64,000 nt of DNA, from positions 1 to 64,000 of IMG/VR virus record IMGVR_UViG_3300020336_000004. The stretch is one strand, 5' to 3'. Positions within the stretch are counted from its first letter, which is position 1, and every line of letters begins with the position of its first letter. Shown here piece by piece: positions 48,502-55,996 of the stretch. The translations under genes were made by a program, and so were the position numbers. This DNA comes from a virus (lineage: Duplodnaviria; Caudoviricetes). A model generated the notes under the pieces. The model made no database searches and was not told the origin of the DNA. It saw only the letters and a program-made list of their open reading frames with translations.

Positions 48502-48595
48502 TGGTAGTCCCGGGGGGATTCGAACCCCCATCGCTCTCTAATCTGGAGACTGTGCCGAGTATAAGCCGGGTGTTTTACCGTTAAACTACGGGACT
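48502..48595 (-). tRNA. tRNA-Ile(UAU) with long extra arm
   Basis: Acceptor AGTCCCG/CGGGACT-A-CCA, anticodon loop CT-TAT-AC (48561-48563), T arm GGGGG-TTCGAAT-CCCCC, ~24-nt variable region. Confidence 0.85.
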
Positions 48596-48598
48596 ATT

Positions 48599-48672
48599 TG
48601 GCATAGGTGGAGGGAATCGAACCCCCATTAACTGGTTTGGAATCAGTTGTGTTACCATTACACTACACCCAT
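48599..48672 (-). tRNA. tRNA-Trp(CCA)
   Basis: ATGGGTG/CACCTAT-G-CCA, anticodon loop TT-CCA-AA, TTCGATT T loop. Confidence 0.92.
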
Positions 48673-48708
48673 AAAAAAAGCCCCTAACATTATTAGTGCT
48701 AGGGGCTT
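48673..48708 (-). terminator. Intrinsic terminator (attenuator 3:4) abutting the tRNA-Trp 5' end
   Basis: AAGCCCCTAGCA-CTAATAA-TGTTAGGGGC followed by T7. Confidence 0.9.
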
Positions 48709-48738
48709 ATCTAAAATAACTTTTTTTATAAAGTCATG

Positions 48739-48798
48739 TCAAGACATACCCCTTTTTAGTGGCCAACATATTATTCGTATTGTATTAGTCTTGATCAT
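48739..48798 (-). CDS. Attenuator leader peptide MIKTNTIRIICWPLKRGMS
   Basis: SD AAGGA, ATG at 48798, codons ATA CGA ATA ATA TGT TGG, TGA at 48739; its 3' end is complementary to the terminator 5' arm. Confidence 0.8.
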   Translation of the reverse strand: MIKTNTIRIICWPLKRGMS

Positions 48799-48824
48799 GT
48801 ATCTATTCCTTCTAGTATAAATTT

Positions 48825-48853
48825 ACTATACACTCGTTATTTAACAAAGTCAA
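48825..48853 (-). promoter_or_regulatory. Sigma70 promoter of the attenuated tRNA operon
   Basis: TTGACT-N17-TATAGT. Confidence 0.8.
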
Positions 48854-49083
48854 CCTTTTTTAGGGTCTTCCGGACGATTTTCTTGATCAGGATGCCAGTG
48901 AGTGACATCGCCAGTTAGAAATCCGTAATCACAATAGAAGATACTCATACCAGGCCAAACCTTGCCTTCTTCATCTTCATACAGTCCTCCATAAGTGCCT
49001 CTATGGGCACCTACTAAATCAAAGTAGTACCAACAGTTAGTTCCTACTTCCGGTAGTCTTTCGTCAACTTGAATCCATTCCAT
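48850..49083 (-). CDS. Small DUF551-like phage protein
   Basis: MEWIQVDERLPE...VTHWHP. Confidence 0.7.
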   Translation of the reverse strand: MEWIQVDERLPEVGTNCWYYFDLVGAHRGTYGGLYEDEEGKVWPGMSIFYCDYGFLTGDVTHWHPDQENRPEDPKKG

Positions 49084-49137
49084 AATAAACTCCTTTCAAA
49101 TAGATTATTGTGTTTGATGTTTATTATGGTATCATTT

Positions 49138-49515
49138 TTATTCGTGTTCGCCACCTGGATCGTTAGGATCTAACGGAACCTTTTTAGCATTGCCTTTTTC
49201 GTCTCTCCAAATAGTATATGTTCTTCCTCTACCGTATGAGTGATAACCGCCCATAAAGTTAAATGCAGTAGGCTTTCTTTTTGCAGTTTCAAATGTTGCT
49301 ACTGTGACAGCAATAGCACCTAATAGAAGTGTATGCAATAACATACTAAACACTCCTGCGTACATACTACCTACGATAATACCAAATACAACACACCACA
49401 TCCATGCTAATACTTGCATAATCATGTGTCTTGTACTGAAGTCAGGAATAGCACTTAAAGGATTTTTCTCATAATCCATTACACTATTCCAACAATCATA
49501 AACCCATTCTCTCAT
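49138..49515 (-). CDS. Hypothetical membrane protein (start MREWVY)
   Basis: Two TM helices; promoter TTGACA-N17-TAGTAT at 49547-49575. Confidence 0.6.
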   Translation of the reverse strand: MREWVYDCWNSVMDYEKNPLSAIPDFSTRHMIMQVLAWMWCVVFGIIVGSMYAGVFSMLLHTLLLGAIAVTVATFETAKRKPTAFNFMGGYHSYGRGRTYTIWRDEKGNAKKVPLDPNDPGGEHE

Positions 49516-49571
49516 TTTAAGGACCTTTCTATGTATTTTATAAACTATACTAGCACAGGATATGCTAGTTG

Positions 49572-49760
49572 TCAAGTGTTAAGTGAACCTACAGGCTTAC
49601 AAATATATTCAACTGTATCCCAAGATCCATCAGCAGGTATTTCCATGTATTCTATAAGCATAGTTTCACACTTTGCTCTAGTTTCAAACCATTGTACATC
49701 TTGTTCTAAGCAGGTTGAGCCTGAACAAACTGTTAATAGTATATGCCAAATGATTTCCAT
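49572..49760 (-). CDS. Small Cys-containing secreted-type protein
   Basis: Start MEIIWH with SD AAGGA just after tRNA-Thr. Confidence 0.55.
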   Translation of the reverse strand: MEIIWHILLTVCSGSTCLEQDVQWFETRAKCETMLIEYMEIPADGSWDTVEYICKPVGSLNT

Positions 49761-49775
49761 CTTGTTTCCTTTGTA

Positions 49776-49851
49776 TGGTGCTGGCACCAAGATTCGAACT
49801 CGGGACCTACTGATTACAAATCAGTTGCTCTACCAACTGAGCTATGCCAGC
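49776..49851 (-). tRNA. tRNA-Thr(UGU)
   Basis: GCTGGCA/TGCCAGC-A-CCA, anticodon arm CTGAT-TTGTAA-TCAG. Confidence 0.95.
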
Positions 49852-49873
49852 GTCATTTATTTATATTCCATTA

Positions 49874-49963
49874 TGGCGGAGAGTGAGGGATTCGAACCCT
49901 CGATACAGTTGCCCGTATAACACCTTAGCAGGGTGCCGCTTTCGACCACTCAGCCAACTCTCC
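49874..49963 (-). tRNA. tRNA-Ser(GCU)
   Basis: GGAGAGT/ACTCTCC-G-CCA, CT-GCT-AA loop, long variable arm. Confidence 0.95.
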
Positions 49964-49969
49964 GAAATC

Positions 49970-50389
49970 TTATTTGATGTATCGTAAGGTGTGTGATCTA
50001 CCGTCATCATCATAAAAAGTAATAGTGCTATGACTGTATACTTCTGAAGACATTTCATTATATCTAGTTTCAACAGTGCATTGTGTTCTAGTTCCACCTG
50101 TTGCGTTAGAATTATTATGTCCTAAAATGCCACCAATGATTGCACCTGCGGCGCCACCGTTTTCAATATTGCCAACATTGTTACCAATGATGCCGCCAAT
50201 GATTGCACCTTTTAATGCATCACCAGTTTTGTCTCCGTTAACGTTTACGTCACGGCACACTTCTACACTATACGGTGTTTGACTAATTACAATTTTATAA
50301 TGATCTGTAATTGTACCTGTAGTACTGTAGGCATTTGCAGAGGTTGCAAACAATGCAAACATTCCTGCTATAATTAATTTTTTATTCAA
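49970..50389 (-). CDS. Secreted glycine-zipper protein
   Basis: Signal peptide, GAIIGGIIG...GAAGAIIGGILG. Confidence 0.75.
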   Translation of the reverse strand: MNKKLIIAGMFALFATSANAYSTTGTITDHYKIVISQTPYSVEVCRDVNVNGDKTGDALKGAIIGGIIGNNVGNIENGGAAGAIIGGILGHNNSNATGGTRTQCTVETRYNEMSSEVYSHSTITFYDDDGRSHTLRYIK

Positions 50390-50393
50390 GACT

Positions 50394-50789
50394 TTATCCT
50401 TTCTCTAGAATTTGGCCTGCCTGAGAAGATTCGAACTCCTGACCTTCTGGTTCGTAGCCAGACGCTCTATCCAGCTGAGCTACAGGCAGTACTGTTTGGA
50501 CTCGATCGTATTTAAATGATCTCCATCCTTTTGCATTAAGGTCCCACACGGTAATTGTACCTTGTTTTGGTTCCTTATCTGATTTTGGTTGATTTTCTTT
50601 TGGAATTATGTCAAAACTTTTTGTGCAAGTCATTACACGTTTGTCACCGTCAAGTTTTAGAAACGTTACTTCCTGTGTTGTTTCTCTTAACAGTTGGATC
50701 AGTTCTTTTTCTGTTGGAATCCCTTTCATGGTTGCTATTGCTTCTTCCACCAAAGATTTCTCCCCAGTTGTCTCTGTACTTTGCATCAT
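50394..50789 (-). CDS. WYL_2/SH3-like phage protein with tRNA-derived C-terminal tail
   Basis: VTFLKLDGDKRVMTCT...VWDLNAKGWRSFKYDRV; start position uncertain. Confidence 0.7.
   Translation of the reverse strand: MMQSTETTGEKSLVEEAIATMKGIPTEKELIQLLRETTQEVTFLKLDGDKRVMTCTKSFDIIPKENQPKSDKEPKQGTITVWDLNAKGWRSFKYDRVQTVLPVAQLDRASGYEPEGQEFESSQAGQILEKG
50413..50489 (-). tRNA. tRNA-Arg(ACG), nested within a CDS
   Basis: CTGCCTG/CAGGCAG-G-CCA, TCTGG-CT-ACG-AA-CCAGA. Confidence 0.92.
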
Positions 50790-50834
50790 CTTGTCCTTTT
50801 CTTCTACCACTACCTTTTCCTCCTTGCCATTGGC

Positions 50835-51047
50835 TCATAGTTCTTCTACAATACCTAATACTTCTGCAATAATTAGTAATGCACCTGCAACCATAACCCA
50901 AACACCCCATTCTTCAAGGTACCAGCCGGCTACAAGAAATGCTCCACCTGCGGCAATACGTACTGCACTTTTAACAAGGCTAACGTAAAAATGAAATAGA
51001 CTAGGATCTTTTGCGGCTGGAATAATTATTTTTTCTGGAATTGGCAT
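50835..51047 (-). CDS. Small membrane protein
   Basis: HFYVSLVKSAVRI...AEVLGIVEEL. Confidence 0.6.
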   Translation of the reverse strand: MPIPEKIIIPAAKDPSLFHFYVSLVKSAVRIAAGGAFLVAGWYLEEWGVWVMVAGALLIIAEVLGIVEEL

Positions 51048-51631
51048 TATCTACTCTCCATAATTTTATCTGCAAGGCCATAATTAACTGCTTCGCTGGC
51101 ACTCATAAAGTTATCTCTATCCATATCTGCTTCAAGTGTAGCATAACTTTGTCCTGTATGCTTTTCGTACAGTTTAGTTAATGTTTCTTTCCAATACTGT
51201 AGTTCTTTATATTGAATTTCAACGTCACTTGCTTGACCTTGTGTTCCACCAAGGGGTTGATGAATCATATGCCTACTGTGAGGAAGGACAACTCTTTTAC
51301 CTTTTGCACCTGCACTGGCTAAGAAACTGCCCATACTAGCGGCTTGTCCCATTACAATAGTACTAACTGGACTTTTAATAAATTGCATAGTATCGTAGAT
51401 ACTCATACCAGCAGTAACAGATCCGCCCGGACTATTAATATAAAAGTTGATAGTCTTCTCCGGGTTTTGGCTTTCTAAGAAAAGCATTTGCGATACAATT
51501 AAACTAGCAGATGCACTATTCACATCTGTGTCTAACATTATAATACGATCTTTTAATAATCTGCTATAAATGTCGTAGCTTCTTTCACCACGGCTTTCTT
51601 TTTCAATTACTACAGGTACTAAGTTAGGCAT
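51047..51631 (-). CDS. clpP: ClpP protease proteolytic subunit
   Basis: [25 protein letters not shown] (Ser), MIHQP (His), DRD. Confidence 0.97.
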   Translation of the reverse strand: MPNLVPVVIEKESRGERSYDIYSRLLKDRIIMLDTDVNSASASLIVSQMLFLESQNPEKTINFYINSPGGSVTAGMSIYDTMQFIKSPVSTIVMGQAASMGSFLASAGAKGKRVVLPHSRHMIHQPLGGTQGQASDVEIQYKELQYWKETLTKLYEKHTGQSYATLEADMDRDNFMSASEAVNYGLADKIMESR

Positions 51632-51827
51632 TGGATGTCATCTCTGTTTTAACTAAAGGAGTAACTGTAGAAACATCATTATAGTCTCCATCCTTTAAAA
51701 ATTGTCTTGTTGTAATTTCCTGCCTAAGCATTCCATCTTTGATACGGTAAGTAATAAGTTCTTGCTTAATTACTCCGCTTGTTGGTTTGGATAATGCGTC
51801 CAAGTATGGACCTTCTTTGATTTCCAT
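51624..51827 (-). CDS. Hypothetical protein
   Basis: 67 aa, coupled to neighbours. Confidence 0.55.
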   Translation of the reverse strand: MEIKEGPYLDALSKPTSGVIKQELITYRIKDGMLRQEITTRQFLKDGDYNDVSTVTPLVKTEMTSNA

Positions 51828-52060
51828 TAAATTCTCCCGTTATAACGTTTTGCTATTTGTTTAGGTCCTGGTGTAGTAAACTCCATTCCCATTTTATTGC
51901 CTACATAAACTCTGCCGTTGTATTTGCAGTAAATTTTGTTTCCTGCAACATATGCATTTAATCCATCTTCGGCCTTAAAATTATCTATTTCAGCCTCAAC
52001 TACTTTGTCGTTGTCTGTACAAGTTAGTTGCACTCGATTGTCATAATATGCATTTGTCAT
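51827..52060 (-). CDS. Hypothetical protein
   Basis: 77 aa; promoter TTGACA-N17-TATAAT at 52082-52110. Confidence 0.6.
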   Translation of the reverse strand: MTNAYYDNRVQLTCTDNDKVVEAEIDNFKAEDGLNAYVAGNKIYCKYNGRVYVGNKMGMEFTTPGPKQIAKRYNGRI

Positions 52061-52096
52061 GTTGTATCCTTTGTTGTTTTTATTATATACAATTAG

Positions 52097-52822
52097 TTAT
52101 TGTTTGTCAAGTGGTATTTTATATAATTTGACATAATTTAACCTTGTTTCATTTGCACCAAACAGTTTGTTCTTAGTTTGTGCTTTTACTTTGGCTTTGA
52201 TACGTAGCATACTGCCTACGTTGTATTCAAACTTATTCATAAAAGATATAAGATTACCATCAATGACAGCCACATAATTATATGAATCCCATTGAGTACT
52301 ATATCTCTTGTCAAGAATTTTAATCGCTCCTTCAACTGCATCTTTTTCCTTACCCAAATATTGGGAATTTCTATATTCTGTACGAATCTCTTTAGTGAGT
52401 CCTGTTTCATGTTGATCACGTTTTACAAATTCAGGAATAAACGCAATACGCCCTAAGTTGTTAACTGTTACAGTATCTTGCGATACTGAATTAATCATGT
52501 CTCGTTTGAAGTCATCTAATTCAGCAAGTCCAAGCATCACATAACGCTTCATCCACTTGTGTAGTTCTGCCACTTCAGCATAGTCACCTGCTGTCGGAGT
52601 AGGCAAAACAAAATCATTTGGACGATAATTAGGATTGAATACAAACTTAACTATTTCTTTGTTAGAAAAAATCGTAGGATTGTCTTCTGAAAATCTACGT
52701 GTGTCTTTTACATAGCCTTTGTTAATACGTTGTGCGGCTACAGCTATAGCAAGTGCTTCTTGTGTTGAAACTGTTTTTAAAGATTTTGTGTCGAACAGTT
52801 TGTTCTTGGTTGATGCGTACAT
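52097..52822 (-). CDS. Hypothetical early protein, possible C-terminal OB fold
   Basis: Promoter TTGACA-N17-TATAAT at 52857-52885; C-terminal IKAKVK...ETRLNYVK. Confidence 0.6.
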   Translation of the reverse strand: MYASTKNKLFDTKSLKTVSTQEALAIAVAAQRINKGYVKDTRRFSEDNPTIFSNKEIVKFVFNPNYRPNDFVLPTPTAGDYAEVAELHKWMKRYVMLGLAELDDFKRDMINSVSQDTVTVNNLGRIAFIPEFVKRDQHETGLTKEIRTEYRNSQYLGKEKDAVEGAIKILDKRYSTQWDSYNYVAVIDGNLISFMNKFEYNVGSMLRIKAKVKAQTKNKLFGANETRLNYVKLYKIPLDKQ

Positions 52823-52885
52823 TATATGCCTTTCTTATTTGCCTAATTATAATATAATTATACATTCAAAAAGAATGTTTGTCAA

Positions 52886-53377
52886 CTATTTTATGCCTAA
52901 AGGATCTTGAACCCAATGTTTTTCTGAACAAGCATTTTCACTGCACCAACCAATAAACAAACCTAACTCTCTACCATGTGCTTCTATTTCCCATGGTTGT
53001 TGCCAGTAATCTTTTACACATTTTCTGTGATTAGAAAGCCATTGTCCTTGCCATCTATGTTTGTTTTGTGTAGTACTTTCATACAGTTCGCCTCTAGCAA
53101 ATTGTTTTACATGTACCATTTCGTGAGCAACGGTTTCTAATAACCGTCTTAGGCGCATTTTTTTGTTTAGTTCGATATCAAATGCTCGAGGACGATGCAG
53201 GTCAGCATCTTGATCTGGTAAAGCATACCCTAAAGTATTATCTTTTCCAAAGTCTTTTATGTGGATGTTTACTTCAATACGCCATAATTTTGGCATTAAT
53301 TCTTTTTGACAATAATAGACCATAGATTTTACTAGCTCTTTTTGTCTTTTGCTGCCACCGCGAACCGAGATAATCAT
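52886..53377 (-). CDS. Zincin metallopeptidase-like protein
   Basis: AHEMVHVKQ, PWEIEAH; promoter TTGACT-N17-TATAAT at 53407-53435. Confidence 0.75.
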   Translation of the reverse strand: MIISVRGGSKRQKELVKSMVYYCQKELMPKLWRIEVNIHIKDFGKDNTLGYALPDQDADLHRPRAFDIELNKKMRLRRLLETVAHEMVHVKQFARGELYESTTQNKHRWQGQWLSNHRKCVKDYWQQPWEIEAHGRELGLFIGWCSENACSEKHWVQDPLGIK

Positions 53378-53444
53378 ACAATAGTTCTCCTGTTAAAAGA
53401 TAACTTATTATAGTATATTTACTAGATTTAGTCAAGTATTGATT

Positions 53445-53666
53445 TCACCGTTTTAAACGGTATACAATGCGGCCTTTTGTGAGGTCATATGGTGATATCT
53501 CTACACTTACCCTATCACCACGTATCATTCGTATTTTATTCTTTTTCAATTTACCACCTGTATAGGCAGTTATAGTATGTCCATTTTCTAATAATACTTT
53601 GAACATTTGAGCAGGTAATACATCTATTACCTCTCCTTCAAACTCTAAAAGTCCCTTATCCTTCAC
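53445..53666 (-). CDS. infA: Translation initiation factor IF-1
   Basis: EGEVIDVLP...FKVLLENG...GDRVSVEISPYDLTKGRIVYR. Confidence 0.95.
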   Translation of the reverse strand: MKDKGLLEFEGEVIDVLPAQMFKVLLENGHTITAYTGGKLKKNKIRMIRGDRVSVEISPYDLTKGRIVYRLKR

Positions 53667-53853
53667 TTTTTACTTCTGAAATGATAATAGTACCTTTATC
53701 ACCAACCTCTACTTTGATTTTGGTGCCTTCACCCCATCCTTGTGCTTCAAGTATTTCAGGCGGGATAGTCATAAGTGTATTCTTATCATCTCCTTCAATG
53801 TCTTGAAAGATATCTTCTACTTTATACTCTTTGTTTTTAAAATCGTCTGTCAT
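53656..53853 (-). CDS. AbrB/MazE-like DNA-binding protein
   Basis: MTIPPEILEAQGWGEGTKIKVEV. Confidence 0.6.
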   Translation of the reverse strand: MTDDFKNKEYKVEDIFQDIEGDDKNTLMTIPPEILEAQGWGEGTKIKVEVGDKGTIIISEVKSEG

Positions 53854-54389
53854 TATATCTCCATATCTGCGGCAACTATATATCGCCAATTGTTACTTTC
53901 TAGTATCCCAGGCCGGTGCCAAGTTTTTCCTGGAAAAATTAACCAATGTCCTTCTTTAGCTGGAACATATTCTGTAGCCCCTTCTGGTGAAGTGTGTGCT
54001 AATTCTGTACCGCTTGTTTCTAAATTACAATCTTCTGGCATTTTAAGATAGTACACACCACTTACAACTAAATTGTTATCACGTATATGCTGATGCCAAT
54101 AGTCATTCCTGTCTTCTTGTGTGTCAAGGTTAGTCTTGTAACCCCAACTTTTTATAGTTTTTATTTGTTTCTCTTGATTCATAAAAGCAAAAGCACTCCA
54201 AATAAAACTCATTTTTAAATTGATCCAATTTTCGTGCGGAATACCAAAAATATTTATATTTGTTTGATAAGGAGGACTATTATGCCAAAATTTACCTGAC
54301 GCAATAGTGTTGTCTATATCGCTACACATAAAGGACCGTGCTCTATCATTAATAAGAGAAGTCCAATCATAAATCTCAAAGTCTATCAA
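53853..54389 (-). CDS. 2OG-Fe(II) oxygenase-like protein
   Basis: WHQH, SGVYYL, LIFPGKTWHRP, RYIVA. Confidence 0.7.
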   Translation of the reverse strand: MIDFEIYDWTSLINDRARSFMCSDIDNTIASGKFWHNSPPYQTNINIFGIPHENWINLKMSFIWSAFAFMNQEKQIKTIKSWGYKTNLDTQEDRNDYWHQHIRDNNLVVSGVYYLKMPEDCNLETSGTELAHTSPEGATEYVPAKEGHWLIFPGKTWHRPGILESNNWRYIVAADMEI

Positions 54390-54949
54390 ATAACTTGCTC
54401 TAAAAATTTAAGTACATTTTCTGGTTTTGTTTCAGTATAAGGATCATCATCGTCTGAATGATTATTGCGTCCTGGTTCTTCCCAAAATCTTTCTACTACA
54501 CCGTCATTGACAACCATTGCATATCTCCATGATCTATTACCAAACCCCTGCATAGGCTTACAAACTAGCATACCCATCATCTGAGTGAATTCGCCCGCAC
54601 CATCGGGTATAAATTTGATATTTTTAATTTTTTGATCAATCATCCATTTACGCATAACAAACGTATCATTAACACTGATAACATATATTTCGTCAATATC
54701 ACAGTTGCGTATTTTATCGTACATTTCTTCAAATCCTGGAACTTGGTATGTACTACATGTTGGAGTAAATGCTCCTGGTAGTGAAAATACCACTACCCTC
54801 TTGTTTTTGAATATTTCATCTGAATTGACAGATTTCCATTCAAAAGGATTTTTATCTCCGTTACTATTATCTACATATGTAATTGGTTTCCCATCTGTCC
54901 TAAATCGATACTTAAAATCAACATTAGGAACTGTTACGCCTTCTTTCAT
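54386..54949 (-). CDS. Peroxiredoxin (Prx5 type), start MKEGVT
   Basis: FSLPGAFTPTCS, SVNDTFVM, RSWRYAM; promoter TTGACA-N17-TACAAT at 54975-55003. Confidence 0.92.
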   Translation of the reverse strand: MKEGVTVPNVDFKYRFRTDGKPITYVDNSNGDKNPFEWKSVNSDEIFKNKRVVVFSLPGAFTPTCSTYQVPGFEEMYDKIRNCDIDEIYVISVNDTFVMRKWMIDQKIKNIKFIPDGAGEFTQMMGMLVCKPMQGFGNRSWRYAMVVNDGVVERFWEEPGRNNHSDDDDPYTETKPENVLKFLEQVI

Positions 54950-55061
54950 CAATAGACCTCTCTTTGTAATATTTATTGTAACATTTATAATTATCGTTGT
55001 CAACCAAAAAAAAGAATAAAGTTGAATAAATACATATAATAACCGGGCGTGGAATAATATT

Positions 55062-55340
55062 ATGGAATTTTTAAATATAGTAGGCGAAGTAGGTTTCCCA
55101 ATCGCAGGAGCAATGGCTGCTGGCCTCTTTGTTTTTACTACCTTACGATTTATTCTTGAAAGTGTTACCGGGTCAGTAAATAGTCTAAAAGGTATGATAT
55201 CTGCATTAAACAATCGCGTTCAAACTATGAATAACGATCTAGTTAAAATTGATGCTCTTATGAGCTATGCTCTTAATGTCAAACCCAATGTAGATAGACT
55301 AGCGGCTAACGAAGGCAAGGAGGACGCAAGGCGTGATTAA
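55062..55340 (+). CDS. Single-TM protein with GFPI motif (YvrJ/holin-like)
   Basis: VGFPIAGA TM + coiled coil; late motif AATAAATA at 55025-55032. Confidence 0.6.
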   Translation: MEFLNIVGEVGFPIAGAMAAGLFVFTTLRFILESVTGSVNSLKGMISALNNRVQTMNNDLVKIDALMSYALNVKPNVDRLAANEGKEDARRD

Positions 55341-55530
55341 AAATTTAAAAGACTTAATTATTTGTATTCTAGTAGCAGGAGTTTTAGGACTACTAGGGGT
55401 TATTATTATAGGCGACTATTATGTTGCACTACAAGAAAATAGACCAGTAGACGAAAGTGTTATTACATTAATGAAAATGGCACTTACAGGATTGATTGGT
55501 ATAATTGCAGGATATATTGGAAGTAAATGA
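55333..55530 (+). CDS. Two-TM small membrane protein
   Basis: Two hydrophobic helices, GTG start overlapping upstream stop. Confidence 0.55.
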   Translation: MIKNLKDLIICILVAGVLGLLGVIIIGDYYVALQENRPVDESVITLMKMALTGLIGIIAGYIGSK

Positions 55531-55862
55531 GCACTGAATTAGTTAATGCAATTAATCAATACGGTTTCCCAATCATAGCGGCAATGGGGTTAGCTTATTT
55601 TGTATACTATGTATGGAAATGGGTAACTACTGAAATTAAACCAGTGCTAGGTCAAGCAAGTTCTACACTTGTAGCATTAATAGATCGTATTCGTATGTTA
55701 GATAATGATATGATACGACTGAATCAAAAAATTAATATGATACTGGAATTTAAAGAACAGTATGAAAAGCTAACAGGCAAAAGTTTTGATCTTGATCTAG
55801 ACGAAATTGAAGATGCTATAGCTAAAACTAAAAGAGGAAAAAAAAGTGTTTCTAAAAAATAA
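55527..55862 (+). CDS. Single-TM protein with GFPI motif, paralog of 55062..55340
   Basis: YGFPIIAA, RIRMLDNDMIRLN. Confidence 0.6.
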   Translation: MSTELVNAINQYGFPIIAAMGLAYFVYYVWKWVTTEIKPVLGQASSTLVALIDRIRMLDNDMIRLNQKINMILEFKEQYEKLTGKSFDLDLDEIEDAIAKTKRGKKSVSKK

Positions 55863-55996
55863 GTTCTACGAAATACAAAATGCTACTACTCAAGCATGGT
55901 TAAGCCGACAAAGCCTTTGGACTGATTGTGATTTAATAATGTCCTTTGGTATAGGGTTACTAATTGGTAACTTAATGGGTTTAACTATTACTTTGT

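Noticed and set aside
48527-48556. Intron in tRNA-Ile
   Set aside because: The extra sequence is in the variable region, is too short for a self-splicing intron and folds as its own hairpin; treated as an extra arm.
48673-48820. T-box riboswitch as the tRNA-operon regulator
   Set aside because: No T-box consensus bulge or long stem I is visible; the SD-led ORF and overlapping helices fit ribosome-mediated attenuation instead.
49761-50097. ORFs 49861..50097, 49531..49920 and the 5' extension of 49572..49790
   Set aside because: They overlap tRNA-Ser and tRNA-Thr with no coding signal; incidental open frames.
54950-55213. N-terminal extension of the peroxiredoxin ORF
   Set aside because: It spans a promoter and the antisense of a + strand gene; the real start is ATG at 54949 after SD GAGG.
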